From the NCBI GenBank assembly GCA_964016885.1, contig OZ024744.1, positions 102,920,001-102,984,000 on the forward strand: a DNA stretch of 64,000 nucleotides, read 5' to 3'. The notes under the pieces are model-generated. The model searched no databases. It had not been told where the DNA came from and saw nothing but the letters and a program-made list of their open reading frames with translations. A program made the translations under genes and the position numbers. Shown in pieces: positions 1-12,500 of this stretch (the first letter of the stretch is position 1; every line of letters starts with the position of its first letter). The DNA is from Eledone cirrhosa. Its lineage: Eukaryota.

Positions 1-3000
1 CCTGTTGCCATTAAACTAAAAAGTAACCAGTCTACTGTTTAAAGTGGTCCTGCTGCCATGAAACTAAAAAGTAGTGAGTCTACTGTTTAAAGTGGCCCTG
101 CTTCCATGAAACTAAAAAGTAGTCAGTATACTGTTTAAAGTGGTCCTGCTGCCATGAAACTAAAAAGTGAACAGTCCACTGTTTAAAGTGGTCCTGCTGC
201 CATGAAAGTGAAAAGTAACCAGTCCACTGTTTAAAGTGGTCCTGTTGCCATGAAACCAAAAATTAGTCAGACCACTGTTTAAAGTGGTCCTGCTGCCATG
301 AAACTAAAAAGTAACCAGTCTACTGCTTAAAGTGGTCCTCTTGCAATGAAACTAAAAAGTAGTCAGTCTACTGTTTAAAGTGGTCCTGCTGCCATGAAAC
401 TAAAAAGTAGTCAGTCTACTGTTTAAAGTGGTCCTGTTGCCATGAAACTAAAAAATAGTCAGTCTTCTGTTTAAAGTGGTCCTGCTGCCATGAAACTAAA
501 AAGTAGTCAGTCTACTGTTTCAACTGGTCCTGCTGCCATGAAACTAAAAAGTAACCAGTTCCACTGTTTAAAGTGGTCCTGTTGCCATGAAACTAAAAAG
601 TAAACAGTCTACTGTTTAAAGTGGTCCTGTTGCCATGAAACTAAAAAGTAAACAGTCTACTGTTTAAAGTGGTCCTGTTGCCGTGAAACTAAAAAGTAAC
701 CATTCCACTGTTTAAAGTGGTCCTGCTGCCATGAAACTAGAAAGTAACCAGCCTACTCTTTAAAGTGGTCCTGTTGCCATTAAACTAAAAAGTAACCAGT
801 CTACTGTTTAAAGTGGTCCTGCTGCCATGAAACTAAAAAGTAGTCAGTCTACTGTTTAAAGTGGCCCTGCTTCCATGAAACTAAAAAGTAGTTAGTATAC
901 TGTTTAAAGTGGTCCTGCTGCCATGAAACTAAAAAGTAAACAGACCACTGTTTAAAGTGGTCCTGCGCCCATGAAACTAAAAAGTAACCAGTCTACTGCT
1001 TAAAGTGGTACTGTTGCCATGAAACTAAAAAGCAGTCAGTCTACTGTTTAAAGTGGTCCTGTTGCCATGAAACTCAAAAGTAACCAGTCTACTGCTTAAA
1101 GCGGTCCTCTTGCAATGAAACTAAAAAGTAGTCAGTCTACTGTTTAAAGTGGTCCTGCTGCAATGAAACTAAAAAGTAGCCAGTCTACTGTTTAAAGTGG
1201 TCCTGCTGCCATGAAACTAAAAAGTAACCAGTCCACTGTTTAAAGTGATCCTGCTGCCATGAAACTAAAAAGTAACCAGTCCACTGTTTAAAGTGATCCT
1301 GCTGCCATGAAACTAAAAAGTAACCAGTCCACTGTTTAAAGTGGTCCTGCTGCCATGAAACTAAAAAGTAACCAGTCCACTGTTTAAAGTGGTCCTGTTG
1401 CCATGAAACTAAAAAGTAGTCAGACCACTGTTTAAAGTGGTCCTGCTGCCATGAAACTAAAAAGTAGTCAGTCTACTGTTTAAAGTGGTCCTGTTGCCAT
1501 GAAACTAAAAAATAGTCAGTCTTCTGTTTAAAGTGGTCCTGCAGCCATGAAACTAAAAAGTAGTCAGTATACTGTTTAAAGTGGTCCTGCTGCCATGAAA
1601 CTAAAAAGTAACCAGTCCACTGTTTAAAGTGGTCCTGCTGCCATGAAACTAAAAAGTAACCAGTCTACTGCTTAAAGTGGTTCTGTTGCCATGAAACTAA
1701 AACGCAGTCCGTCTACTGTTTAAAGTGGTCCTGTTGCCATGAAACTCAAAAGTAACCAGTCCACTGTTTAAAATGGTCCTGTTGCCATGAAACTAAAAAG
1801 TAGCCAGTCTACTGTTTAAAGTGGTCCTGTTGCCATGAAACTAAAACGTAACCATTCCACTGTTTAAAGTGGTCCTGCTGCCATGAAACTAAAAAGTAAC
1901 CAGTCCACCGTTTAAAGTGGTCCTGCTGCCATGAAACTAAAAAGTAACCAGTCCACTATTTAAAGTGGTCCTGTTGCCATGAAACTAAAAAGTAGTCAGT
2001 CCACTGTTTAAAGTGGTCCTGCTGCCATGAAACTAAAAAGTAACCAGTCTACTGCTTAAAGTGGTCCTGCTGCCATGAAACTAAAAAGTAGTCAGTCTAC
2101 TGTTTAAAGTGGTCCTGTTGCCATGAAACTAAAAAATAGTCAGTCTACTGTTTAAAGTGGTCCTGCTGCCATGAAACTAAAAAGTAGTCAGTCTACTGTT
2201 TAAAGTAGCCCTGCTTCCATGAAACTAAAAAGTAGTCAGTATACTGTTTAAAGTGGTCCTGCTGCCATGAAACTAAAAAGTAACCAGACCACTGTTTAAA
2301 GTGGTCCTGCTCCCATGAAACTAAAAAGTAACCAGTCTACTGCTTAAAGTGGTTCTGTTGCCATGAAACTAAAAAGCAGTCAGTCTACTGTTTAAAGTGG
2401 TCCTGTTGCCATGAAACTCAAAAGTAACCAGTCTACTGCTTAAAGTGGTCCTCTTGCAATGAAACTAAAAAGTAGTCAGTCTACTGTTTAAAGTGGTCCT
2501 GCTGCCATGAAACTAAAAAGTAGTCAGTCTACTGTTTAAAGTGGTCCTGCTGCCATGAAACTAAAAAGTAACCAGTCCACTGTTTAAAGTGGTCCTGCTG
2601 CCATGAAACCAAAAATTTGTCAGACCACTGTTTAAAGTGGTCCTGCTGCCATGAAACTAAAAATAACCAGTCTACTGCTTAAAGTGGTCCTCTTGCAATG
2701 AAACTAAAAAGTAGTCAGTCTACTGTTTAAAGTGGTCCTGCTGCCATGAAACTAAAAAGTAGTCAGTCTACTGTTTAAAGTGGTCTGTTGCCATGAAACT
2801 AAAAAATAGTCAGTCTTCTGTTTAAAGTGGTCCTGCTGCCATGAAACTAAAAAGTAGTCAGTATACTGTTTAAAGTGGTCCTGCTGCCATGAAACTAAAA
2901 AGTAAGCAGTCTACTGTTTAAAGTGGTCCAGCTGCCATGAAACTAAAAAGGAGTCAGTCTACTGTTTAAACTGGTCCTGCTGCCATGAAACTAAAAAGTA

Positions 3001-5005
3001 ACCAGTTCCACTGTTTAAAGTGGTCCTGTTGCCATGAAACTAAAAAGTAAACAGTCTACTGTTAAAAGTGGTCCTGTTGCCATGGAACTAAAAAGTAAAC
3101 AGTCTACTGTTTAAAGTGGTCCTGTTGCCGTGAAACTAAAAAGTAACCATTCCACCGTTTAAAGTGGTCCTGCTGCCATGAAACTAGAAAGTAACCAGCC
3201 TACTCTTTAAAGTGGTCCTGTTGCCATTAAACTAAAAAGTAACCAGTCTACTGTTTAAAGTGGTCCTGCTGCCATGAAACTAAAAAGTAGTCAGTCTACT
3301 GTTTAAAGTGGCCCTGCTTCCATGAAACTAAAAAGTAGTCAGTATACTGTTTAAAGTGGTCCTGCTGCCATGAAACTAAAAAGTAAACAGACCACTGTTT
3401 AAAGTGGTCCTGCTCCCATGAAACTAAAAAGTAACCAGTCTACTGCTTAAAGTGGTACTGTTGCCATGAAACTAAAAAGCAGTCAGTCTACTGTTTAAAG
3501 TGGTCCTGTTGCCATGAAACTCAAAAGTAACCAGTCTACTGCTTAAAGTGGTCCTCTTGCAATGAAACTAAAAAGTAGTCAGTCTACTGTTTAAAGTGGT
3601 CCTGCTGCCATGAAATTAAAAAGTAGTCAGTCTACTGTTTAAAGTGGTCCTGCTGCCATGAAACTAAAAAGTAACCAGTCCACTGTTTAAAGTGGTCCTG
3701 CTGCCATGAAACTAAAAAGTAACCAGTCCACTTTAAAGTGGTCCTGCTGCCATGAAACTAAAAAGTAACCAGTCCACTGGTTAAAGTGGTCCTGTTGCCA
3801 TGAAACTAAAAAGTAGTCAGACCACTGTTTAAAGTGGTCCTGCTGCCATGAAACTAAAAAGTAACCAGTCTACTGCTTAAAGTGGTCCTCTTGCAATGAA
3901 ACTAAAAAGTAGTCAGTCTACTGTTTAAAGTGGTCCTGCTGCCATGAAACTAAAAAGTAGTCAGTCTACTGTTTAAAGTGGTCCTGTTGCCATGAAACTA
4001 AAAAATAGTCAGTCTTCTGTTTAAAGTGGTCCTGCAGCCATGAAACTAAAAAGTAGTCAGTATACTGTTTAAAGTGGTCCTGCTGCCATGAAACTAAAAA
4101 GTAGTCAGTATACTGTTTAAAGTGGTCCTGCTCCCATGAAACTAAAAAGTAACCAGTCTACTGCTTAAAGTGGTTCTGTTGCCATGAAACTAAAAAGCAG
4201 TCAGTCTACTGTTTAAAGTGGTCCTGTTGCCATGAAACTCAAAAGTAACCAGTCTACTGCTTAAAGTGGTCCTCTTGCAATGAAACTAAAAAGTAGTCAG
4301 TCTACTGTTTAAAGTGGTCCTGCTGCCATGAAACTAAAAAGTAGTCAGTCTACTGTTTAAAGTGGTCCTGCTGCCATGAAACTAAAAAGTAACCAGTCCA
4401 CTGTTTAAAGTGGTCCTGCTGCCATGAAACTAAAAAGTAACCAGTCCACTGTTTAAAGTGGTCCTGTTGCCGTGAAACTAAAAAGTAACCATTCCACTGT
4501 TTAAAGTGGTCCTGCTACCATGAAACTAGAAAGTAACCAGCCTACTCTTTAAAGTGGTCCTGTTGCCATTAAACTAAAAAGTAACCAGTCTACTGTTTAA
4601 AGTGGTCCTGCTGCCATGAAACTAAAAAGTAGTCAGTCTACTGTTTAACTGGTCTTGTTGCCATGAAACTAAAAAGTAACCAGTCTACTGGTCAAAGTGG
4701 TCCTGCTGCCATGAAACTAAAAAGTAGTCAGTCAACTGTTTAAAGTGGTCCTGCTGCCATGAAACTAAAAAGTAATCAGTCTACTGTTTAAACTGGTCCT
4801 GCTGCCATGAAACTAAAAAGTAACCAGTTCCACTGTTTAAAGTGGTCCTGTTGCCATGAAACTAAAACGTGAACAGTCTACTGTTTAAAGTGGTCCTGTT
4901 GCCATGAAACTAAAAAGTAAACAGTCTACTGTTTAAAGTGGTCCTGTTGCCGTGAAACTAAAAAGTAACCATTCCACTGTTTAAAGTGGTCCTGCTACCA
5001 TGAAA

Positions 5006-6206
5006 CTAGAAAGTAACCAGCCTACTCTTTAAAGTGGTCCTGTTGCCATTAAACTAAAAAGTAACCAGTCTACTGTTTAAAGTGGTCCTGCTGCCATGAA
5101 ACTAAAAAGTAGTCAGTCTACTGTTTAAAGTGGCCCTGCTTCCATGAAACTAAAAAGTAGTCAGTATACTGTTTAAAGTGGTCCTGCTGCCATGAAACTA
5201 AAAAGTAACCAGACCACTGTTTAAAGTGGTCCTGCTCCCATGAATCTAAAAAGTAACCAGTCTACTGCTTGAAGTGGTTCTGTTGCCATGAAACTAAAAA
5301 GCAGTCAGTCTACTGTTTAAAGTGGTCCTGTTGCCATGAAACTCAAAAGTAACCAGTCTACTGCTTAAAGTGGTCCTCTTGCAATGAAACTAAAAAGTAG
5401 TCAGTCTACTGTTTAAAGTGGTCCTGCTGCCATGAAACTAAAAAGTAGTCAGTCTACTGTTTAAAGTGGTCCTGCTGCCATGAAACTAAAAAGTAACCAG
5501 TCAACTGTTTAAAGTGGTCCTGCTGCCATGAAACTAAAAAGTAAACAGTCCACTGTTTAAAGTGGTCCTGCTGCCATGAAAGTAAAAAGTAACCAGTCCA
5601 CTGTTTAAAGTGGTCCTGTTGCCATGAAACCAAAAATTAGTCAGACCACTGTTTAAAGTGGTCCTGCTGCCATGAAACTAAAAAGTAACCAGTCTACTGC
5701 TTAAAGTGGTCCTCTTGCAATGAAACTAAAAAGTAGTCAGTCTACTGTTTAAAGTGGTCCTGCTGCCATGAAACTAAAAAGTAGTCAGTCTACTGTTTAA
5801 AGTGGTCCTGTTGCCATGAAACTAAAAAATAGTCAGTCTTCTGTTTAAAGTGGTCCTGCTGCCATGAAACTAAAAAGTAGTCAGTATTCTGTTTAAAGTG
5901 GTCCTGCTGCCATGAAACTAAAAAGTAACCAGTCTACTGTTTAAAGTGGTCCAGCTGCCATGAAACTAAAAAGGAGTCAGTCTACTGTTTAAACTGGTCC
6001 TGCTGCCATGAAACTAAAAAGTAACCAGTTCCACTGTTTAAAGTGGTCCTGTTGCCATGAAACTAAAAAGTAAACAGTCTACTGTTTAAAGTGGTCCTGT
6101 TGCCATGAAACTAAAAAGTAAACAGTCTACTGTTTAAAGTGGTCCTGTTGCCATGAAACTAAAAAGTAACCATTCCACTGTATAAAGTGGTCCTGCTGCC
6201 ATGAAA
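5006..6206 (+). repeat. Example of a flank higher-order repeat unit (1,201 bp, 25 monomers)
   Basis: The marker CTAGAAAG recurs at 5006 and 6207, followed by the same ordered variants (CCATTAAAC, GGCCCTGCTTCC, GTATAC, CAGACC, CTCCC). Confidence 0.7.
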
Positions 6207-8499
6207 CTAGAAAGTAACCAGCCTACTCTTTAAAGTGGTCCTGTTGCCATTAAACTAAAAAGTAACCAGTCTACTGTTTAAAGTGGTCCTGCTGCCATGA
6301 AACTAAAAAGTAGTCAGTCTACTGTTTAAAGTGGCCCTGCTTCCATGAAACTAAAAAGTAGTTAGTATACTGTTTAAAGTGGTCCTGCTGCCATGAAACT
6401 AAAAAGTAAACAGACCACTGTTTAAAGTGGTCCTGCTCCCATGAAACTAAAAAGTAACCAGACCACTGTTTAAAGTGGTCCTGCTCCCATGAATCTAAAA
6501 AGTAACCAGTCTACTGCTTGAAGTGGTTCTGTTGCCATGAAACTAAAAAATAGTCAGTCTACTGTTTAAAGTGGTCCTGCTGCCATGAAACTAAAAAGTA
6601 GTCATTCTACTGGTTAAAGTGGTTATGCTGCCATGAAACTAAAAAGTAACCAGACCACTGTTTAAACTGGTCCTGCTCCCATGAAACTAAAAAGTAACCA
6701 GTCTACTGCTTAAAGTGGTTCTGTTGCCATGAAACTAAAAAGCAGTCAGTCTACTGTTTAAAGTGGTCCTGTTGCCATGAAACTCAAAAGTAACCAGTCT
6801 ACTGCTTAAAGTGGTCCTCTTGCAATGAAACTAAAAAGTAGTCAGTCTACTGTTTAAAGTGGTCCTGCTGCCATGAAACTAAAAAGTAACCAGTCCACTG
6901 TTTAAAGTGGTCCTGCTGCCATGAAACTAAAAAGTAACCAGTCCACTGTTTAAAGTGGTCCTGTTGCCATGAAACCAAAAATTAGTCAGACCACTGTTTA
7001 AAGTGGTCCTGCTCCCATGAAACTAAAAAGTAACCAGTCCACTGTTTAAAGTGGTCCTGCTGCCATGAAACTAAAAAGTAACCAGTCCACTGTTTAAAGT
7101 GGTCCTGCTGCCATGAAACTAAAATTAACCAGTCCACCGTTTAAAGTGGTCCTGCTGCCATGAAACTAAAAAGTAACCAGTCCACTGTTTAAAGTGGTCC
7201 TGCTGCCATGAAACTAAAAAGTAACCAGTCCACTGTTTAAAGTGGTCCTGCTGCCATGAAACTAAAAAGTAACCAGTCCACTGTTTAAAGTGGTCCTGCT
7301 GCCATGAAACTAAAATTAACCAGTCCACCGTTTAAAGTGGTCCTGCTGCCATGAAACTAAAAAGTAACCAGTCCACTATTTAAAGTGGTCCTGTTGCCAT
7401 GAAACTAAAAAGTAGTCAGTCCACTGTTTAAAGTGGTCCTGTTGCCATGAAACTAAAAAGTAACCGGTCCACTGTTTAAAGTGGTCCTGCTGCCATGAAA
7501 CTAAAAAGTAACCAGTCTACTGCTTAAAGTGGTCCTGCTGCCATGAAACTAAAAAGTAGTCAGTCTACTGTTTAAAGTGGTCCTGTTGCCATGAAACTAA
7601 AAAATAGTCAGTCTACTGTTTAAAGTGGTCCTGCTGCCATGAAACTAAAAAGTAGTCATTCTACTGGTTAAAGTGGTTATGCTGCCATGAAACTAAAAAG
7701 TAACCAGACCACTGTTTAAACTGGTCCTGCTCCCATGAAACTAAAAAGTAACCAGTCTACTGCTTAAAGTGGTTCTGTTGCCATGAAACTAAAAAGCAGT
7801 CAGTCTACTGTTTAAAGTGGTCCTGCTGCCATGAAACTAAAAAGTAACCAGTCTACTGTTTAAAGTGGTCCTGCTGCCATGAAACTAAAAAGTAACCAGT
7901 CCACTGTTTAAAGTGGTCCTGCTGCCATGAAACTAAAAAGTAACCAGTCCACTGTTTAAAGTGGTCCTGCTGCCATGAAACTAAAATTAACCAGTCCACC
8001 GTTTAAAGTGGTCCTGCTGCCATGAAACTAAAAAGTAACCAGTCCACTATTTAAAGTGGTCCTGTTGCCATGAAACTAAAAAGTAGTCAGTCTACTGTTT
8101 AAAGTGGTCCTGTTGCCATGAAACTCAAAAGTAACCAGTCTACTGCTTAAAGTGGTCCTCTTGCAATGAAACTAAAAAGTAGTCAGTCTACTGTTTAAAG
8201 TGGTCCTGCTGCCATGAAACTAAAAAGTAACCAGTCCACTGTTTAAAGTGGTCCTGCTGCCATGAAACTAAAAAGTAACCAGTCCACTGTTTAAAGTGGT
8301 CCTGCTGCCATGAAACTAAAAAGTAACCAGTCCACTGTTTAAAGTGGTTCTGTTGCCATGAAACCAAAAATTAGTCAGACCACTGTTTAAAGTGGTCCTG
8401 CTGTCATGAAACTAAAAAGTAACCAGTCTACTGCTTAAAGTGGTCCTCTTGCAATGAAACTAAAAAGTAGTCAGTCTACTGTTTAAAGTGGTCCTGCTG

Positions 8500-9590
8500 C
8501 CATGAAACTAAAAAGTAGTCAGTCCACTGTTTAAAGTGGTCCTGCTGCCATAAAACTAAAAAGTAACCAGTCTACTGCTTAAAGTGGTCCTGCTGCCATG
8601 AAACTAAAAAGTAGTCAGTCTACTGTTTAAAGTGGTCCTGTTGCCATGAAACTAAAAAATAGTCAGTCTACTGTTTAAAGTGGTCCTGCTGCCATGAAAC
8701 TAAAAAGTAGTCAGTCTACTGTTTAAAGTAGCCCTGCTTCCATGAAACTAAAAAGTAGTCAGTATACTGTTTAAAGTGGTCCTGCTGCCATGAAACTAAA
8801 AAGTAACCAGACCACTGTTTAAAGTGGTCCTGCTCCCATGAAACTAAAAAGTAACCAGTCTACTGCTTAAAGTGGTTCTGTTGCCATGAAACTAAAAAGC
8901 AGTCAGTCTACTGTTTAAAGTGGTCCTGTTGCCATGAAACTCAAAAGTAACCAGTCTACTGCTTAAAGTGGTCCTCTTGCAATGAAACTAAAAAGTAGTC
9001 AGTCTACTGTTTAAAGTGGTCCTGCTGCCATGAAACTAAAAAGTAGTCAGTCCACTGTTTAAAGTGGTCCTGCTGCCATAAAACTAAAAAGTAACCAGTC
9101 TACTGCTTAAAGTGGTCCTGCTGCCATGAAACTAAAAAGTAGTCAGTCTACTGTTTAAAGTGGTCCTGTTGCCATGAAACTAAAAAATAGTCAGTCTACT
9201 GTTTAAAGTGGTCCTGCTGCCATGAAACTAAAAAGTAGTCAGTCTACTGTTTAAAGTAGCCCTGCTTCCATGAAACTAAAAAGTAGTCAGTATACTGTTT
9301 AAAGTGGTCCTGCTGCCATGAAACTAAAAAGTAACCAGACCACTGTTTAAAGTGGTCCTGCTCCCATGAAACTAAAAAGTAACCAGTCTACTGCTTAAAG
9401 TGGTTCTGTTGCCATGAAACTAAAAAGCAGTCAGTCTACTGTTTAAAGTGGTCCTGTTGCCATGAAACTCAAAAGTAACCAGTCTACTGCTTAAAGTGGT
9501 CCTCTTGCAATGAAACTAAAAAGTAGTCAGTCTACTGTTTAAAGTGGTCCTGCTGCCATGAAACTAAAAAGTAGTCAGTCTACTGTTTAA
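8500..9590 (+). repeat. Local 528-bp (11-monomer) tandem duplication; ends approximate
   Basis: TAAAAC of the rare GCCATAAAACTAAAA variant lies at 8551 and 9079 (offset 528). GTAGCCCTGCTTCC and later variants repeat at the same offset. Confidence 0.85.
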
Positions 9591-12500
9591 AGTGGTCCTG
9601 CTGCCATGAAACTAAAAAGTAGTCAGTCTACTGTTTAAAGTGGTCCTGCTGCCATGAAACTAAAAAGTAACCAGTCCACTGTTTAAAGTGGTCCTGCTGC
9701 CATGAAACTAAAAAGTAACCAGTCCACTGTTTAAAGTGGTCCTGTTGCCGTGAAACTAAAAAGTAACCATTCCACTGTTTAAAGTGGTCCTGCTACCATG
9801 AAACTAGAAAGTAACCAGCCTACTCTTTAAAGTGGTCCTGTTGCCATTAAACTAAAAAGTAACCAGTCTACTGTTTAAAGTGGTCCTGCTGCCATGAAAC
9901 TAAAAAGTAACCAGTCTACTGCTTAAAGTGGTTCTGTTGCCATGAAACTAAAAAGCAGTCAGTCTACTGTTTAAAGTGGTCCTGTTGCCATGAAACTCAA
10001 AAGTAACCAGTCTACTGCTTAAAGTGGTCCTCTTGCAATGAAACTAAAAAGTAGTCAGTCTACTGTTTAAAGTGGTCCTGCTGCCATGAAACTAAAAAGT
10101 AGTCAGTCTACTGTTTAAAGTGGTCCTGCTGCCATGAAACTAAAAAGTAACCAGTCCACTGTTTAAAGTGGTCCTGCTGCCATGAAACCAAAAATTTGTC
10201 AGACCACTATTTAAAGTGGTCCTGCTGCCATGAAACTAAAAATAACCAGTCTACTGCTTAAAGTGGTCCTCTTGCAATGAAACTAAAAAGTAGTCAGTCT
10301 ACTGTTTAAAGTGGTCCTGCTGCCATGAAACTAAAAAGTAGTCAGTCTACTGTTTAAAGTGGTCCTGTTGCCATGAAACTAAAAAATAGTCAGTCTTCTG
10401 TTTAAAGTGGTCCTGCTGCCATGAAACTAAAAAGTAGTCAGTATACTGTTTAAAGTGGTCCTGCTGCCATGAAACTAAAAAGTAAGCAGTCTACTGTTTA
10501 AAGTGGTCCAGCTGCCATGAAACTAAAAAGGAGTCAGTCTACTGTTTAAACTGGTCCTGCTGCCATGAAACTAAAAAGTAACCAGTTCCACTGTTTAAAG
10601 TGGTCCTGTTGCCATGAAACTAAAAAGTAAACAGTCTACTGTTTAAAGTGGTCCTGTTGCCATGGAACTAAAAAGTAAACAGTCTACTGTTTAAAGTGGT
10701 CCTGTTGCCGTGAAACTAAAAAGTAACCATTCCACCGTTTAAAGTGGTCCTGCTGCCATGAAACTAGAAAGTAACCAGCCTACTCTTTAAAGTGGTCCTG
10801 TTGCCATTAAACTAAAAAGTAACCAGTCTACTGTTTAAAGTGGTCCTGCTGCCATTAAACTAAAAAGTAGTCAGTCTACTGTTTAAAGTGGCCCTGTTTC
10901 CATGAAACTAAAAAGTAGTCAGTATACTGTTTAAAGTGGTCCTGTTGCCATGAAACTCAAAAGTAACCAGTCTACTGCTTAAAGTGGTCCTCTTGCAATG
11001 AAACTAAAAAGTAGTCAGTCTACTGTTTAAAGTGGTCCTGCTGCCATGAAATTAAAAAGTAGTCAGTCTACTGTTTAAAGTGGTCCTGCTGCCATGAAAC
11101 TAAAAAGTAACCAGTCCACTGTTTAAAGTGGTCCTGCTGCCATGAAACTAAAAAGTAACCAGTCCACTGTTTAAAGTGGTCCTGCTGCCATGAAACTAAA
11201 AAGTAACCAGTCCACTGTTTAAAGTGGTCCTGTTGCCATGAAACTAAAAAGTAGTCAGACCACTGTTTAAAGTGGTCCTGCTGCCATGAAACTAAAAAGT
11301 AACCAGTCTACTGCTTAAAGTGGTCCTCTTGCAATGAAACTAAAAAGTAGTCAGTCTACTGTTTAAAGTGGTCCTGCTGCCATGAAACTAAAAAGTAGTC
11401 AGTCTACTGTTTAAAGTGGTCCTGTTGCCATGAAACTAAAAAATAGTCAGTCTTCTGTTTAAAGTGGTCCTGCAGCCATGAAACTAAAAAGTAGTCAGTA
11501 TACTGTTTAAAGTGGTCCTGCTGCCATGAAACTAAAAAGTAACCAGTCCACTGTTTAAAGTGGTCCTGCTGCCATGAAACTAAAAAGTAACCAGTCTACT
11601 GCTTAAAGTGCTTCTGTTGCCATGAAACTAAAAAGCAGTCCGTCTACTGTTTAAGTGGTCCTGTTGCCATGAAACTCAAAAGTAACCAGTCCAGTGTTTA
11701 AAATGGTCCTGTTGCCATGAAACTAAAAAGTAGCCAGTCTACTGTTTAAAGTGGTCCTGTTGCCATGAAACTAAAACGTAACCATTCCACTGTTTAAAGT
11801 GGTCCTGCTGCCATGAAACTAAAATTAACCAGTCCACCGTTTAAAGTGGTCCTGCTGCCATGAAACTAAAAAGTAACCAGTCCACTATTTAAAGTGGTCC
11901 TGTTGCCATGAAACTAAAAAGTAGTCAGTCCACTGTTTAAAGTGGTCCTGTTGCCATGAAACTAAAAAGTAACCGGTCCACTGTTTAAAGTGGTCCTGCT
12001 GCCATGAAACTAAAAAGTAACCAGTCTACTGCTTAAAGTGGTCATGCTGCCATGAAACTAAAAAGTAGTCAGTCTACTGTTTAAAGTGGTCCTGTTGCCA
12101 TGAAACTAAAAAATAGTCAGTCTACTGTTTAAAGTGGTCCTGCTGCCATGAAACTAAAAAGTAGTCATTCTACTGGTTAAAGTGGTTATGCTGCCATGAA
12201 ACTAAAAAGTAGTCAGTCTACTGGTTAAAGTGGTTATACTGCCATGAAACTAAAAAGTAGTCAGTCTACTGGTTAAAGTGATCCTGTTGCCATGAAACTA
12301 AAAAGTAACCAGTTCCACTGTTTAAAGTGGTACTGTTGCCATGAAACTAAAAAGTAAACAGTCTACTGTTTAAAGTGGTCCTGTTGCCGTGAAACTAAAA
12401 AGTAACCATTCCACTGTTTAAAGTGGTCCTGCTGCTATGAAACTAAAAAGTAACCAGTCTAATGTTTAAAGTGGTCCTGCTGCCATGAAACTAAAAAGTA

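Noticed and set aside
7125-7328. 67-aa minus-strand ORF (LVSWQQDHFKQWTGYF repeats)
   Set aside because: It is a translation of a few monomers. The frame is open only where CCAC (TGG on the minus strand) replaces the common CTAC (TAG stop), and the start is GTG. There is no gene context.
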